From the NCBI RefSeq assembly GCF_963921235.1, contig NC_086097.1, positions 24,554,001 through 24,618,000 on the forward strand: 64,000 nt of DNA, read 5' to 3'. The notes below the pieces were generated by a model, which saw only the letters and a program-made list of their open reading frames with translations, was not told the origin of the DNA and did no database searches. Both the position numbers and the translations under genes were made by a program. How positions within the stretch are numbered: the first letter of the stretch is position 1; every line of letters begins with the position of its first letter. The DNA is from Mobula hypostoma (lineage: Eukaryota). This document shows, in pieces, positions 52,291 to 64,000 of the stretch.

Positions 52291-52404
52291 CTGCTTTAGA
52301 AATGAGTGATCAGGCCCCTGCTTTAGAAATGAGTGATCAGGCCCCTGCTTTAAAAATGAAGGATCAGGCCGCTGCTTTAGAAATGAGTGATCAGGTCCCT
52401 GCTT
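52291..52404. repeat. Minisatellite, 4.2 x 27 bp
   Basis: Unit ctgctttagaaatgagtgatcaggccc at 52291, 52318, 52345 and 52372. Confidence 0.95.
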
Positions 52405-54891
52405 CCACCACCACCCCTCCTCCACTGAGCAGACCGAATGCTTCTGTTTTGACCTCCTTCTGAAGCGTGGGAGGCAGCATATCTACATAGTCCGTTATGT
52501 TCCACATCAAATCTCCCAAGAACATTAGTTGTGACAGCCATAATAATGACAACGTGAACATTAACATGTAATTCTCTCAATTCCATTCCTTAGCGTATTT
52601 TATGACATAACAAACTGAAAATGCAAGAGGCGCACATCAGATCAGGCAGCCACTGTAAAGATTTATTTTATTTGTCACATGTACATCAAAACACGCAGTG
52701 AAACGTGTTGTTTTGTGTCAACAACCAACTCGGTCTGAAGACGTACTAGGGGCTGCCCACAAGAGGTGCCACACTTCCAGCACCAACATAGCACGCCCAG
52801 AGCCTACCAACCCCAACCCGTAGGAGGAAACTGGAGCACCCGGAGGAAACGCATGTCGTTTCAAGAGCAAAGTGTGAGCTGTTGGGGGTTCCCACCTGCC
52901 CACTTATTCCTCATTTGGCTTCATGCTCCACCTATCAGATTCCTTCACCTGCAGCCCTTTGGTGCCTCCACCTATCACCTCCATTCTTCCCTCCCCTCCC
53001 AGTCAATCCCTCCTCACCACCATCCACCTATCATCTACTATCTTTTGCCCCACCCCTTCACCTCACTATACAGGTTACCTCCCTCCCACTCTCACAGCCC
53101 AGATGAAGGGTCTCGACTGATATGTTAGTTGTCCATTCCCCTCCACTGATGCAGCCTGACCCGCCGAGTCCCACCAGCAATTTCAGGTTCAGATTTATTT
53201 ATTCCACGTACATCAAGACATTCAGTGAAGTGAGTCTTTTGCGTTAACAACCAGTTTACCCAAGGACGGGCTGAGAGCAGCCCACAAGTGTCACCACATA
53301 TTCCAGGGCCAATACGACATGCCACGGTGGTCAGCACAGTGCAGCTCACAAATACAGAACAAAGCAAGAAGCAGCAGCAACAACAGAGCTGAACAAGACC
53401 GTCTCTACCTGTAAGGAGTTTGTACGTCCTTCCCTTGACCGCGTGGGTTTCCTCCGGGTGCTCCAGTTTCCTCCCACAGTCCAAAGACGGGTTGATAGGT
53501 TATAATTTGCCCGGTGATTAGGCTCCGATTAGATCGAGGGTTGCTGGGTGGCACGGCTGAAAGGGCCTGAAGGACCTATTCTGCACTGTACATCAATAAA
53601 ATTAATTAATAAATAAATAAAAGGCAACAGCAGCAAAATGAGCCCCTTCCCCATCCTCGCTCCCAGAGACACACACACACACACACCAACAAACCCCAAT
53701 CCAGCCAGGAGCTGGAGATAAAGCTGTTCCACTGATGTTAGCAGCTGTGGGCACAGGAATTTGGCGGGGTACATGAAAGAGAGAAAATATTCTTAATCTA
53801 TTCTTGACTGTCACTGTCACCATTGCCCTTCACCAGAGGGGCTGCTGAGTCATACAATATGGAAGCAGGCTATTCGGCCCACACGTCCGTGCCAACCACC
53901 AACACACTTGGTAAACGCTGGCAGTGACTCTGTTTTCACCACTCTGTCCAGGCATGCATTCCAGCTATTCACTATCTTGTGTCTAAAAATAAGTCACCCT
54001 CAAACCCCTTCTGCATCTCTTACCCCTACCTCCTCTGGTTCACTTTTAGTTCACTCCAACAAGGTGGGAGGTTGACCTATCTACACCCCTCATAATTTTA
54101 TACCTTAGTCATGTTAGCTCTCAACTTCTGTCCAGGGACAAGAGAGCCAGTCTTTGTGTGTCTCTGAGATTCTCCGTCCCAGAGAATGCTGAGTAGTGGA
54201 ACAGATACTTTGAACGTAGAACAGTACAGCCCAGAAACAGGCTCTATGGCCCACAATATCAAATTAAAGCAGTCCTCCTCTGTGTGTGATCCATATCCTC
54301 CATTCCCGGTATAATCACATGTTGATCTAACAGCCTTTTAAATGCCACTGTTGAACCTGCATCCATGGCTACCCCTGATAGCCTGTTCCGGACACCTGCC
54401 ATTCCTGTGCAAAAAACACTTGCCCACCCATCCCCTTTAAACATTACATAGAAACATAGAAACATAGAAAATAGGTACAGGAGTAGGCCATTCAGCCCTT
54501 CGAGCCTGCACCGCCATTTATTATGATCATGGCTGATCATCCAACTCAGAACCCCGCCCCAGCCTTCCCTCCATACCCCCTGACCGCTTCACTTTAAATA
54601 CATGCCCTCTGGCACTTGACATTTCTACTCGAGAAAAAAAGATTCTGACTGTACAAGTCATAATTTTAATAAAATCAGTTACCTCTCAGATATCCAAAAG
54701 TTATATTTTCCCTTTATTGAACGCCATGCTTCAAATGAACTAGCTGATTAGAGAAGTTGCATGTTGTCTGAAAGAGGGAATAGACCTTTATGGCGGGCTA
54801 AGATTCCCGTGTGTACAGTATGTGTGAATGAGCGTGCTGTTGGCATTGCGGCCAAATCAGTGAACACGGCATTACCTCTTTCCTTTGGCAG

Positions 54892-55205
54892 GCCGCATGC
54901 TCACCATCTTCAACACCCAGGCCCTGATCACCATCGGGGGGAAGAACAGGAGCCGGCCGTTCCAAGGACAGATGTCTGGTCTTTACTACAACGGCTTGAA
55001 AGTTCTCAACATGGCAGCAGAGAGCCACCCCAATGTCAAGGTCAACGGGACGGTGCGGCTGGTGGGAGACGTATCCTCGGTGATTGTCAACCGGCCGTCA
55101 GTGACCACCTTGCCAGCCGAAATGTCCACCACCATTATGGCGACCACCACTACCATGGCAACCACCACGGCCAGGAAGGTCCGGGGAACAATGAAGGTCA
55201 ACCCG
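54892..55205 (+). CDS. Neurexin constitutive exon: LNS6 (laminin G) C-terminus plus O-glycosylated Thr-rich stalk
   Basis: Acceptor cctctttcctttggcag|, donor CCG|gtaatt. 314 nt, phase 1 start compatible with the SS4 exon, phase 0 end. Translates [60 protein letters not shown]...[29 protein letters not shown], unmistakably neurexin (GRQLTIFN..FQGQ.SGLYY.GLKVL) and closest by eye to NRXN3. Confidence 0.97.
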
Positions 55206-55574
55206 GTAATTTCTCTTCTCCGTACCGAGCTGTCTGTTTTGCTGGGGTGTTTCTCAGCTTTGCTTTGTCAGCAGGAAGATCTCCTGTTCCGACATTTCAG
55301 TTGGAGCCAGAGAAGGCCACTCTGCCCCTTGAGTCTTGAGCCTCCTGCTGACAATCAAATCACTGAGATCAAGGCTGATCAATATATTAATGCCGTTTTC
55401 TCTCTCCTCACAAGCAGTGGATGATTCTGATTCCCACTAATTGGCTGCCTTGCCCATGTTTTAGAACTTCTAATAGCTTTAATAATCTTGAAATCCACGC
55501 GACCTAGCTGTTGGATCTTGGATGCTGTTAGATCTTGAAAAGAGTCCTTGTTTGGCTGTTGTTTTAGGTCAGGG

Positions 55575-56595
55575 TTTATTGAAGTGTTCAAGATTCAAGA
55601 TTCTTCAATGTCATTTCCAGTACACAAGTGTAAAGGGGAATGAAGTAATTGTTAGTCTGGATCTGATGCAGCACAAAAAAAAACACAATAAGATAAAGAA
55701 CACAATAATTAAAAAAACGCTAGGTAAGGTATATATACATAAATTGATTGTATGTGACATAAAGTGACTCTAGGCACAGAAATGTCTGTCCATAAGGTGA
55801 TTCTAACGGGTGATGATAAAGTACTGATGCTGGTTGTGGGTGTAGAGGGGCGGGTTAGTGGGTGGAGGTGTTGATCAGCCTTACTGCTTGGGGGAAGTAA
55901 CTGTTTTTGAGTCTGGTGGTCCTGACATAGTCTCCTGCCTAATGGGAGTGGGACAAACAGCCCATGAACAGGGTGGGTGGGATCCTTCTTGATATTGCTG
56001 CCCTTTCCCTGGCACCTTTCTGTATATTTGGCAGGTAGGCTGGTGCTGGTGATGCGTTGGGCAGATTTGACACCCTGCTGTAGAGCCTCCCTGTGAGCCG
56101 CAGTGCAATTTCCATACCGTGCAGTGATGCAGCTCGTTAGCATGCTCTCCACTGCACATCTGGTATGATGTGCATAATCCATCTCTCTTCCGCCTCCTCA
56201 GAAGTAGAGGTGTTGGCGAGCTTTCTTGATTGTGTAGGTTGTGCTCTAGGACCATGAGAGGTTGTGCGAGATGTTCACGGCCAGGGATTTGAAACTGCTC
56301 ACAGTTTCCACTGCTGTGCCACTGACATAAAGAGGGGTGTGTGTGTGGTGTGAGTTCTCCTGAAGTCAATAATCATCTCCTTTGTCTGGTTGACATTGAG
56401 GAAGAGGTTATTGGCCTGGCACCAGGCTTCGAGCTCTTCCACCTCCTCCCTGAAGGCCATCTTATCATAGTCGTGTCATCGGCAAACTTGACAATGTGAT
56501 TTCTCAGGTGTTTGGCCGTGCAGTCGTGAGTGAGCAGAGTGTACAGCTACGGGCTCAGCTCACAGCTTTTGCTGGGGGGGGCGGGCACCCATGTT
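55575..56595 (-). mobile_element. Rex1/Babar-type LINE 3' fragment
   Basis: KFADDTT near 56480. ORF 55709-56182 (ESMLTSCITARYGNC..LQ..VKSAQRIT..DPTHP). (ttcaaga)n tail at ~55590. Confidence 0.85.
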
Positions 56596-58371
56596 GGGGA
56601 GGGAGAAGCGGCTGTGCATCCTGACTGTCTGAGGTTTGTTGGTTGGGAAGGTTACAAATGGAATGAAATTGAAGTTGATTTATTAGTGCTAAATGAACTA
56701 AAATGCAGTGAAAAGCTTGTCTTGCATGCTGCTTTTACAGATTAATTCATTACTTAGTGCATTAAGGTAGTACAAGGCAAAACAATAACAAAACATAGAA
56801 AAAAAATGTAGCAGCTACACATAAAATGGAGTGTATGTGAACAATAAGGTACAAGGTCATAACAAGGTAGATTGTGAGGTCAAGAGTCCACCTTATTGTA
56901 CTAATCATGCAGTGATAAGGTGTTTGTCCAAACTAAAATGATTGAGCCATATATGCTTCCTGGAGTTTATAAGAATAAGAGACATCTCAATTAATAATGA
57001 AGGACTAACAGCATATCAGGGATTCCTAATCTGAAGTCCATGCACCCCTTGCTTAATGGTATTAGCCCATAGCATAATAAACATTGGGAATCCCTGGCAT
57101 GGATGGTGACAGAATGTTTCCTTAGGCTGTCAAACCTAGAATTACCAGGCATGCTCCCAGAATAAGGGCAGTTGGGCTCTGCAAAGGCAAAGAGTAAATC
57201 TTTGTAATACCCTGATGGCTTTTGGATCATCAAATCTGAGACAGAGTCAACTGTTCAGTACATAAACTGGCCTTTCAGAACACCGAGCCCACACCAGTTA
57301 TCAACCATACATAAACGCTCCTCCCGCTTTATATTCAACACAAGAGGTTCTGCAGATGCTGGAAATCTGGAGCAACAAACACAGCATGCAAAAAGCCCCA
57401 CTGTCTGGGCCATGCTCTCTTCTCGCTGCTGCCATTGGGCAGGAGGTACAAGAACCTTAGGTGCCACACCACCGGGTTCAGGAACAGTTATTAACCTTTA
57501 GTGATGAGGTTCCTGAACCAATGTGGATAACCTCACTCACCTCATCACTGAATTGATTCCACAAGCCAAAGAACTCACTTTCAAGGACTCACGTTCTCAG
57601 TGTTATTTATTTATTATTTTAAATATTTGCGCAGTTTGTCTTCTTTTGCACATAGGTTGTTTGTCAGTCTTTGTGTGTAGTTTTTCATTGATTATATTGT
57701 ATTTCTTTGTTCTATTCTTAATGCCTGCAAGAAAGTGAACCTCAAGGCAGTATATGGTGATATTTTCATGCTTTGATAATAAATTTACCTTGGTCTTTCT
57801 TCAGGAGTCTCCCCACATTTCCATCAACCTCCCACAGCTTCTACCACAAGAGGCAATATGCAGTGGTCAAAGAACCTAGCAACCCTCACGTCTTTGGTAC
57901 GTGGGAGAAAAATGTAGACGATCATGGGGAGAACATGCAAACTCCACACAGGCAGCATCCAAAATCACGATCGTACCTTGGGTCTCCAGTGCAGTGAGTT
58001 AGCAGATCTGCCAATGGTACCACTTAGTGCTGGGTAGATAGAGTGGTACAGAACAAGGGAGAAAGATGAGCCTTGGTTGTTGGATATCAGAACAGGCTCA
58101 GGAAACCTCACAACCTACTCTAGTCAGTCCTGATGAAGAGTCTCAGCCTAAATCCTCTCCATAGATGCTGCCTGACCGACAGAATTCCTCCTGCATTTTG
58201 TACATGTTGCTCTAGATTTCCAGCATCTCAAAGTTCGAAGTTCAAACCACGTTTATTATCAACGTATGTGTACAATACAGTATACAACTTTGAGATATGT
58301 CTCCTTACAGGCAGCCACAAAACAAGAAACCCCAAATAACTTTTTTTTTAAAAAATCCAACAAACACCTAA

Positions 58372-59062
58372 TAAGACCATAAGACCATAAGACAAAGGAG
58401 CAGAAGTCGGCCATTTGGCCCATCGAGTCTGCTCCGCCATTTTATCATGAGCTGATCCATTCTCCCATTTAGTCCCACTTCCCAGCCTTCTCACCATAAC
58501 CTTTGATGCCCTGGCTACACAGATACCTATCAATCTCTGCCTTAAATACACCCAATGACTTGGCCTCCACTGCCGCCTGTGGCAACAAATTCCATAGATT
58601 CACCACCCTCAGGCTAAAAAAATTTCTTCGCATCTCGGTTCTGAATGGGCGCCCTTCAATCCTTAAGTCATGCCCTCTCGTACTAGACTCCCCCATCATG
58701 GGAAACAACTTTGCCACATCCACTCTGTCTATGCTTTTCAACATTCGAAATGTTTCTATGAGGTCTCCCCTCATTCTTCTAAACTCCAAGGAATACAGTC
58801 CAAGAGCGGACAAACGTTCCTCATATGTTAACCCTCTCATTCCCGGAATCATTCTAGTGAATCTCCTCTGTACCATCTCCAACGTCAGCACATCCTTTCT
58901 TAAATAAGGAGACCAAAACTGCCCACAGTACTCCAGGTGAGGTCTCACCAGTGCCTTATAGAGCCGCAACATCACATCCCTGCTGCTATACTCTATTCCT
59001 CTAGAAATGAATGCCAACATTGCATTTGCCTTCTTCACCACTGACTCAACCTGGAGGCTAAC
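58372..59062 (-). mobile_element. Young 5'-truncated CR1 LINE
   Basis: Uninterrupted CR1 ORF2 C-terminus (KKANAMLAFI...LVRPHLEYC.QFWSP...RVVNLWN) and (taagacca)n tail. A ~68-bp 3' tip of the same subfamily lies at ~50691-50758. Confidence 0.95.
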
Positions 59063-59917
59063 GTTCAGAGAGAAAAAAAAACAAATCATGCAGACAATAA
59101 AACCAAACAAGCAACACTCAGAACAAAAGTGAGTCCTCGGACACAAAGCCCAGAGCAAGTCCACAGCCTCAGCCTCCATGCAGTGGAGCGCGAAGCAAAC
59201 GTTGCGGATCTGCTGGATCTCTTATGGGGGAGAAAAATCTTATTCATTTTCGTTAAGAGAATCTTATATGAAATTAAAATGGAGAGCGATGCAGAATCTC
59301 TAGTGTTTACAACCTCGCTCTTGTTCTAATTTGCACTGCCTTCACGCTTCCAACTAAAGGCTAGGTTCAGGAGAACTGCTAATTTCCCTGATTTGAAACC
59401 ATTGTCGAGCAGCCTCTAACCCCTGTTGGATTACTGACAGCTTGTCAACAGCATTGAATGTTGTTAAACTAATAACCCTGCTTCTGCTGCCTGGAATTAA
59501 CTATTACTCTCCCAAGAGAAGGAAAAGCTCAGGGGAGACCTAACTGAAGTCTTAGGCTACAAGTGGCACTGATAGAGGAAGTTGTTGGTGAGCTAGTAAT
59601 ACGAGGATACTGGTTAGTGTAATTAGGTAAAGAAGTAGGAGGGAGGTGAGGGGAATTTTCTTTTTTTTTAATTCAGCAAGTATCCACAATCTGGGATGCA
59701 CTCTCCAATTCCATAATGAATCAAGTTCAGGAAAAGGAATTTGAAGGGGAAAGGGCTGAGGAAAGACCAGCAAACAGTGAATGGTGAAATCAGTCATAGC
59801 ATCACAGAATAATACAGCACAGAAACAGGCCCTTCAGCCCATCTCATCCATGCCAACCAAGGTACCCATCTAAACTGGTCCTATTTAGCTGCATTTGGCC
59901 AATATACTCCTCTAAAC

Positions 59918-59993
59918 CAAGGGTTCCCAACCTCTTATTATGTCATGAAACCCTCTCATTAACTGTGTGGTCCAGCTTGGGAATGAAACACTG
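59918..59993. mobile_element. 76-bp hAT-type mini-MITE, same family as 41260
   Basis: Starts caagggttcccaac. Perfect 8-bp TSD ctctaaac (59910-59917, 59994-60001). Inserted in a CR1 3' end. Confidence 0.8.
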
Positions 59994-61364
59994 CTCTAAA
60001 CCATTCCTATCCACACGCCTGTCAAAGTGTCTTTTAAATGTTGTTACTGTACCTGCCGCAACCAGTTCCTTGGGCAGCTTCTTCCATATATGGACCACCC
60101 TCTGCGTGAAGAAGTTGCCATGTAGGTTCCTATTCAATCTTTCCCCTCCTGCCTTAAACCTACAACCTCTAGCTGTGATTTACCAGCTGACTTCATTTGG
60201 TGTAGAGTTCAACATGGACCTTAAATTCATTTTAATTCAGTGATGGAATGTGGGCAGTGGTCAGGCCAATGTTTAATACCCATCCTTGATCACGCTGGAC
60301 AAAATGGTGGTGCATTTGGATTCAGATCCAGCAACAATAAATGAAGAGGAATAAGTTTCCCTCAGTAGAGTTTGAGACATGGGAGGGGTTAAGAGGGAGA
60401 ACCTGGAAGTGGTAACTTTCCCTTGTGTCTGCTGCTTTGACCCTCTGAGTTACAGAGATCTTGAGATTGGGGAGGTGTTGGAGAGATCTTGTCAAGTTCC
60501 TGCATGCACTTTGTAAAAAAAAGTTCAAAGTAAATTTATCATTGAAGTATGTATAGCTTGAGATTCATTCTCCTGCAGGCATTCAGAGAAGAACAAAGAA
60601 ATACAATGGAATCAATACAAAACTGCACAAAAACAAAGAATGAATAATAACCAATGTGCAAAAAGAAGACAAACTGAGCAAATACAAAAAAAACCTAGGT
60701 AAATAAATAACATTGAGAACATGAGTTGTAGAGCCCTTGAAAGTAAGTCAATAGGTTGTGGAATCGGTTCAGTGTTGAGGTTAGTGAAGTTATCCACGCT
60801 AGCTCAGGAGTTTCATGGATGAAGTGTAATATCTGTTCCTGAACCTGGTGGTGTGTATCCTAAGGCTCTTGTACCTCCTTCCAATGGTAGCAGTGAGAAG
60901 AGAGCATGGCCTGGATGGTGAGGATCCTTGATGATGGATGCTGCTTTCTTGTGGCAGTATGCCTTGTAGATGTGCTCAATGATGGGAAGATCTTTGCCTG
61001 TGACGCACTGGGCTGTACGCTTTTCCATTCTTGGGCATTGGTGAGGGAAAGAAATCCCACACCACAATTAAGTCTTCTCCCAACCTCAGCACCTCTTAAG
61101 CACTGAACTTCTAATAACGTGTCCTTTTACGTGTGGTCACTGTTAAAATAGAGAAGCCTGGCACCTGTTTATTGAACAAGAAATTCCCTTATTTGGCAAT
61201 GTGGTAACATCCAGATCACAAGCTTAAGAGGTTGAAGGAAAAAGGGGGAAGATGTTAAAAGGAGCTGAGGGAAAACTCCCTCACACAAAGTTTGATGATT
61301 ATAAAACAAGCTGCCAGAGGAAGCTATAGAGGTGGGTACAGCTACAACATTTTTATATCTATAT

Positions 61365-62245
61365 TAGTAATCTGGAAAATAATGTTGTAAACTTGATCAG
61401 CAAGTTTGTGGATGACACCCGGAATGGGGTGTGGTAGACAGTGAAGAAGGCTACTACAGCTTGCGCTGGGTTCTGGACCAGCTAGAATTTAATGCGGAAA
61501 AGTCTGAGCTGCTGCATTTTAGTAGGACAAACGAGGGTGGGACTTCACTATGTAAGTATGGTACTGAGGAGTGCCGCAAAACAAAGCAAGATTCATAATT
61601 CCTTGAAAGTGGCGTCACAGGTAGCTAGGGGTTATAAAGAAAGCTTTTCTCACATTAGCCTTCATAAATTATTATGTTGAATACAGGAAAAGAGATGTTA
61701 TATTAAAATTGTGTAAGATGCTGGTGAGACAAAATTTGGAGCATTGTGTGCAGTTCTGGTCACCTGCCTGCATGAAGGATACCAATAAGATTGAAAGAGT
61801 ACAGAGAAAATTTGCAAGGATGTTTGGACTTGAAGACCTGAGTTATAGGGAAAGGTTGAAAAGGTTAAGACTTTATTCCCTGGAGCATAAGAAAATGAGA
61901 GGAGATTTGATAGATGTATGCAAAATTATGAGGGATGCAGATACAGTTAATGCAAACAGGCTTTTTCTGCTGAGGCTGGGAGAGACATGAACTAGAGGTC
62001 ATAGGTTAAGGGTGAAAGGTGACATATTTAAGGGGATCCTGAGAGGGAAGTTTTTCACTCAAGGGGTGGTACAAGTACTGAAAAAGCTGCCAGAAGAAGT
62101 GGTAGATGCAGGTTCGATTTCAACATTTAAGAGAAGTTTGGATGATTAAACGGATGGGCGTTATAGAGGGCCATGTGTGGGCCAATGGGACCAGGCAGAA
62201 TAACAGTTTGGCATGGACAAGATGGACCAAAGGGCCTGCCTATGT
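61365..62245 (+). mobile_element. Decayed CR1 LINE 3' fragment
   Basis: KFVDDT remnant near 61405. ORF 61709-61990 LVRQNLEHCVQFWSP..IERVQRKF..RGDLI. Confidence 0.88.
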
Positions 62246-64000
62246 AGAGTAGTGACCCAAGGGCACTTAGATGGGTACATGGTTAGAAAGTTGGAGAGAT
62301 CTGGGCCAATTGTAGGCAAGTGGATCTAGACTGGATAAACATCACGGTCAGCATGAACAAGCTGGGCCAAAGGGCTTTTCCCTTGAGACTCAGAGTATTC
62401 TCTTACCCCTCACACCCTATCCTTTCTCGTGAGCTTATCCAGCCGCTCCTGGGGAACTGAGTTTTACAATCCAACCATGCTTAATAATTTGTTGTATTGA
62501 TAAGCAGAAGATTCATATTTAAGGCCCTGGTTGTCCAACCCCCTTCCCTATGTTCAGCCTTCAAGACCTGGTTACAGCTTTAACCCACGTATCTATCAGA
62601 TGCCCCTGTGGCAGTTCCCAGGTTTGCTCATTCTTTCCCAATGAATCTAACCACTTTTCCAGCCTTGTTCTTGTAAGTAGAACCTAGAACAGTGCACAGT
62701 GTTGTGTTGATCTATATAAACCAACTCCATGGTCAATCTAATCCTTCCCACCTACTCAGCCTACTGCCCCCCGTGTTAATTACATCCACGCGCCAATCTT
62801 TTTTAAAATGTCCCTATTGTATCAGCCTCTAGCACCACCCCTGGCAGTGCATTCCAGGCACCCACCAGATTCAGATACGGATTTATTTATCACATGTGTA
62901 TTGAAGCATACTTCGGAATACATCGTTTGGGTTAACAATCAGCAACTTGGCTGGAGCCCACGAAGCCACCACACATTGCGGTACCTACGTAGCATGCCTG
63001 ACAAACTTGGTGTAAAAGCTGACCTCTGACTTCTCCCCTCCTCTTTCCTGTGCCCACCTTAAAACGATGTCCTCTGGTATCGGCAGTTTTACTCTTCTCT
63101 TTCTCCAGTGATTTGAGTACTGACAGCTCACTCAGGAGCAAAGTTCTTGGGTGCTATCTCTTCAGTTTAACGTTCTGGAAGTGAGTGAGATCTATGGAAC
63201 GGTTTCCAAGCCATGAAGTTGTATTATTATAACAGTGCCATAAGCACTCTTTTACTGAGAGACAATAAATGTCAGGGGATTTGACAAACATTCTCAGCAT
63301 GACTGCGACCAATCCCAAAATGTATTCAGTATCTCTGGGCTCTTCACAGTGTATATTAAAGCAATAACTCTTCCCAGGCAGCTTGTGGTTTTTGGAGGTT
63401 AGAGATGAAAAAAGGACTCAGTGCGGCTAATGGTGGGGATTCTAGCTTCAGTGGGCCCCTAAAAGCCTAAACATTATAATTAACTGACAAAGTGTGAGGG
63501 GCCTAACTAAGATGGAACACCAAATAGAGCCGTAATGGCACTGAGTGAAGCATCGCTTCAGGTTACGTGTCTGCCAGTCTTCCCAGAACGAATGGTGTTA
63601 CATGCCAGGGTTCATGAATTGCGGTTTTATTGCTTATCACTTTTAGAACATGGAACACAGAATGGAAACAGATACAGACACACTGATCCACATACTTTTG
63701 AATATGGGATACAGAACATAGTACAGGCATTCAGCCCACAAAGTTGTACCAATCCTTTAACGCACTCCAAAATCTATTTACTGTTCACTCCCACATAACC
63801 TTCTATTTTTCTTTCATCCATGTACCTATCCAAGAGTCTCTTAAATGTCTCTGATGTATCTGCCTCTACCTGGATGTACTCACCACTGTCTGTGTAAAGA
63901 ACTTAACTCTGACATCCGCCCCCCACCCCCCCATACTTTCCTCCAGTCACTTTAAGGTTATGCCCCCTGGTATTAGCTATTTCTGGCCTGGGGAATAGAC

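Noticed and set aside
52093..52425. ORF with KQGPDHSFL repeats
   Set aside because: By-product of the 27-bp minisatellite; no splice or homology support.
54761..55339. 192-aa His-rich ORF
   Set aside because: Alternative frame of the neurexin exon; the His runs come from the Thr codons (ACC ACC).

Overview
Vertebrate genomic DNA, almost all intronic and dense in repeats. The CR1, Rex1/Babar, Penelope and V-SINE content points to a cartilaginous fish, probably a ray (inference). The host gene is a neurexin on the + strand, with two coding exons in the window: the alternatively spliced site-4 (SS4) cassette exon (47366-47458) and the next constitutive exon, covering the LNS6 C-terminus and the Thr-rich stalk (54892-55205). 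The SS4 exon is 93 nt/31 aa rather than the canonical 90 nt/30 aa. Both exons mix NRXN1/2-like and NRXN3-like residues, so this could be a divergent or fourth neurexin paralogue. The rest is transposon history: a Passport-like Tc1 element, a decayed Gypsy LTR element with both LTRs and a TSD, young and old CR1 LINEs, Rex1/Babar fragments, a Penelope fragment, many Penelope-derived short repeats carrying minimal hammerhead ribozyme motifs, hAT MITEs and deeply nested insertions. Notable non-coding signals are a UWAA/RBFOX-rich block around SS4, a tandem CTCF-like site, and a 71-bp inverted templated insertion copied from 3 kb away into a foldback MITE. Most ORFs in the supplied track are spurious or TE-derived. 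Family names come from recalled sequence similarity, not database searches.
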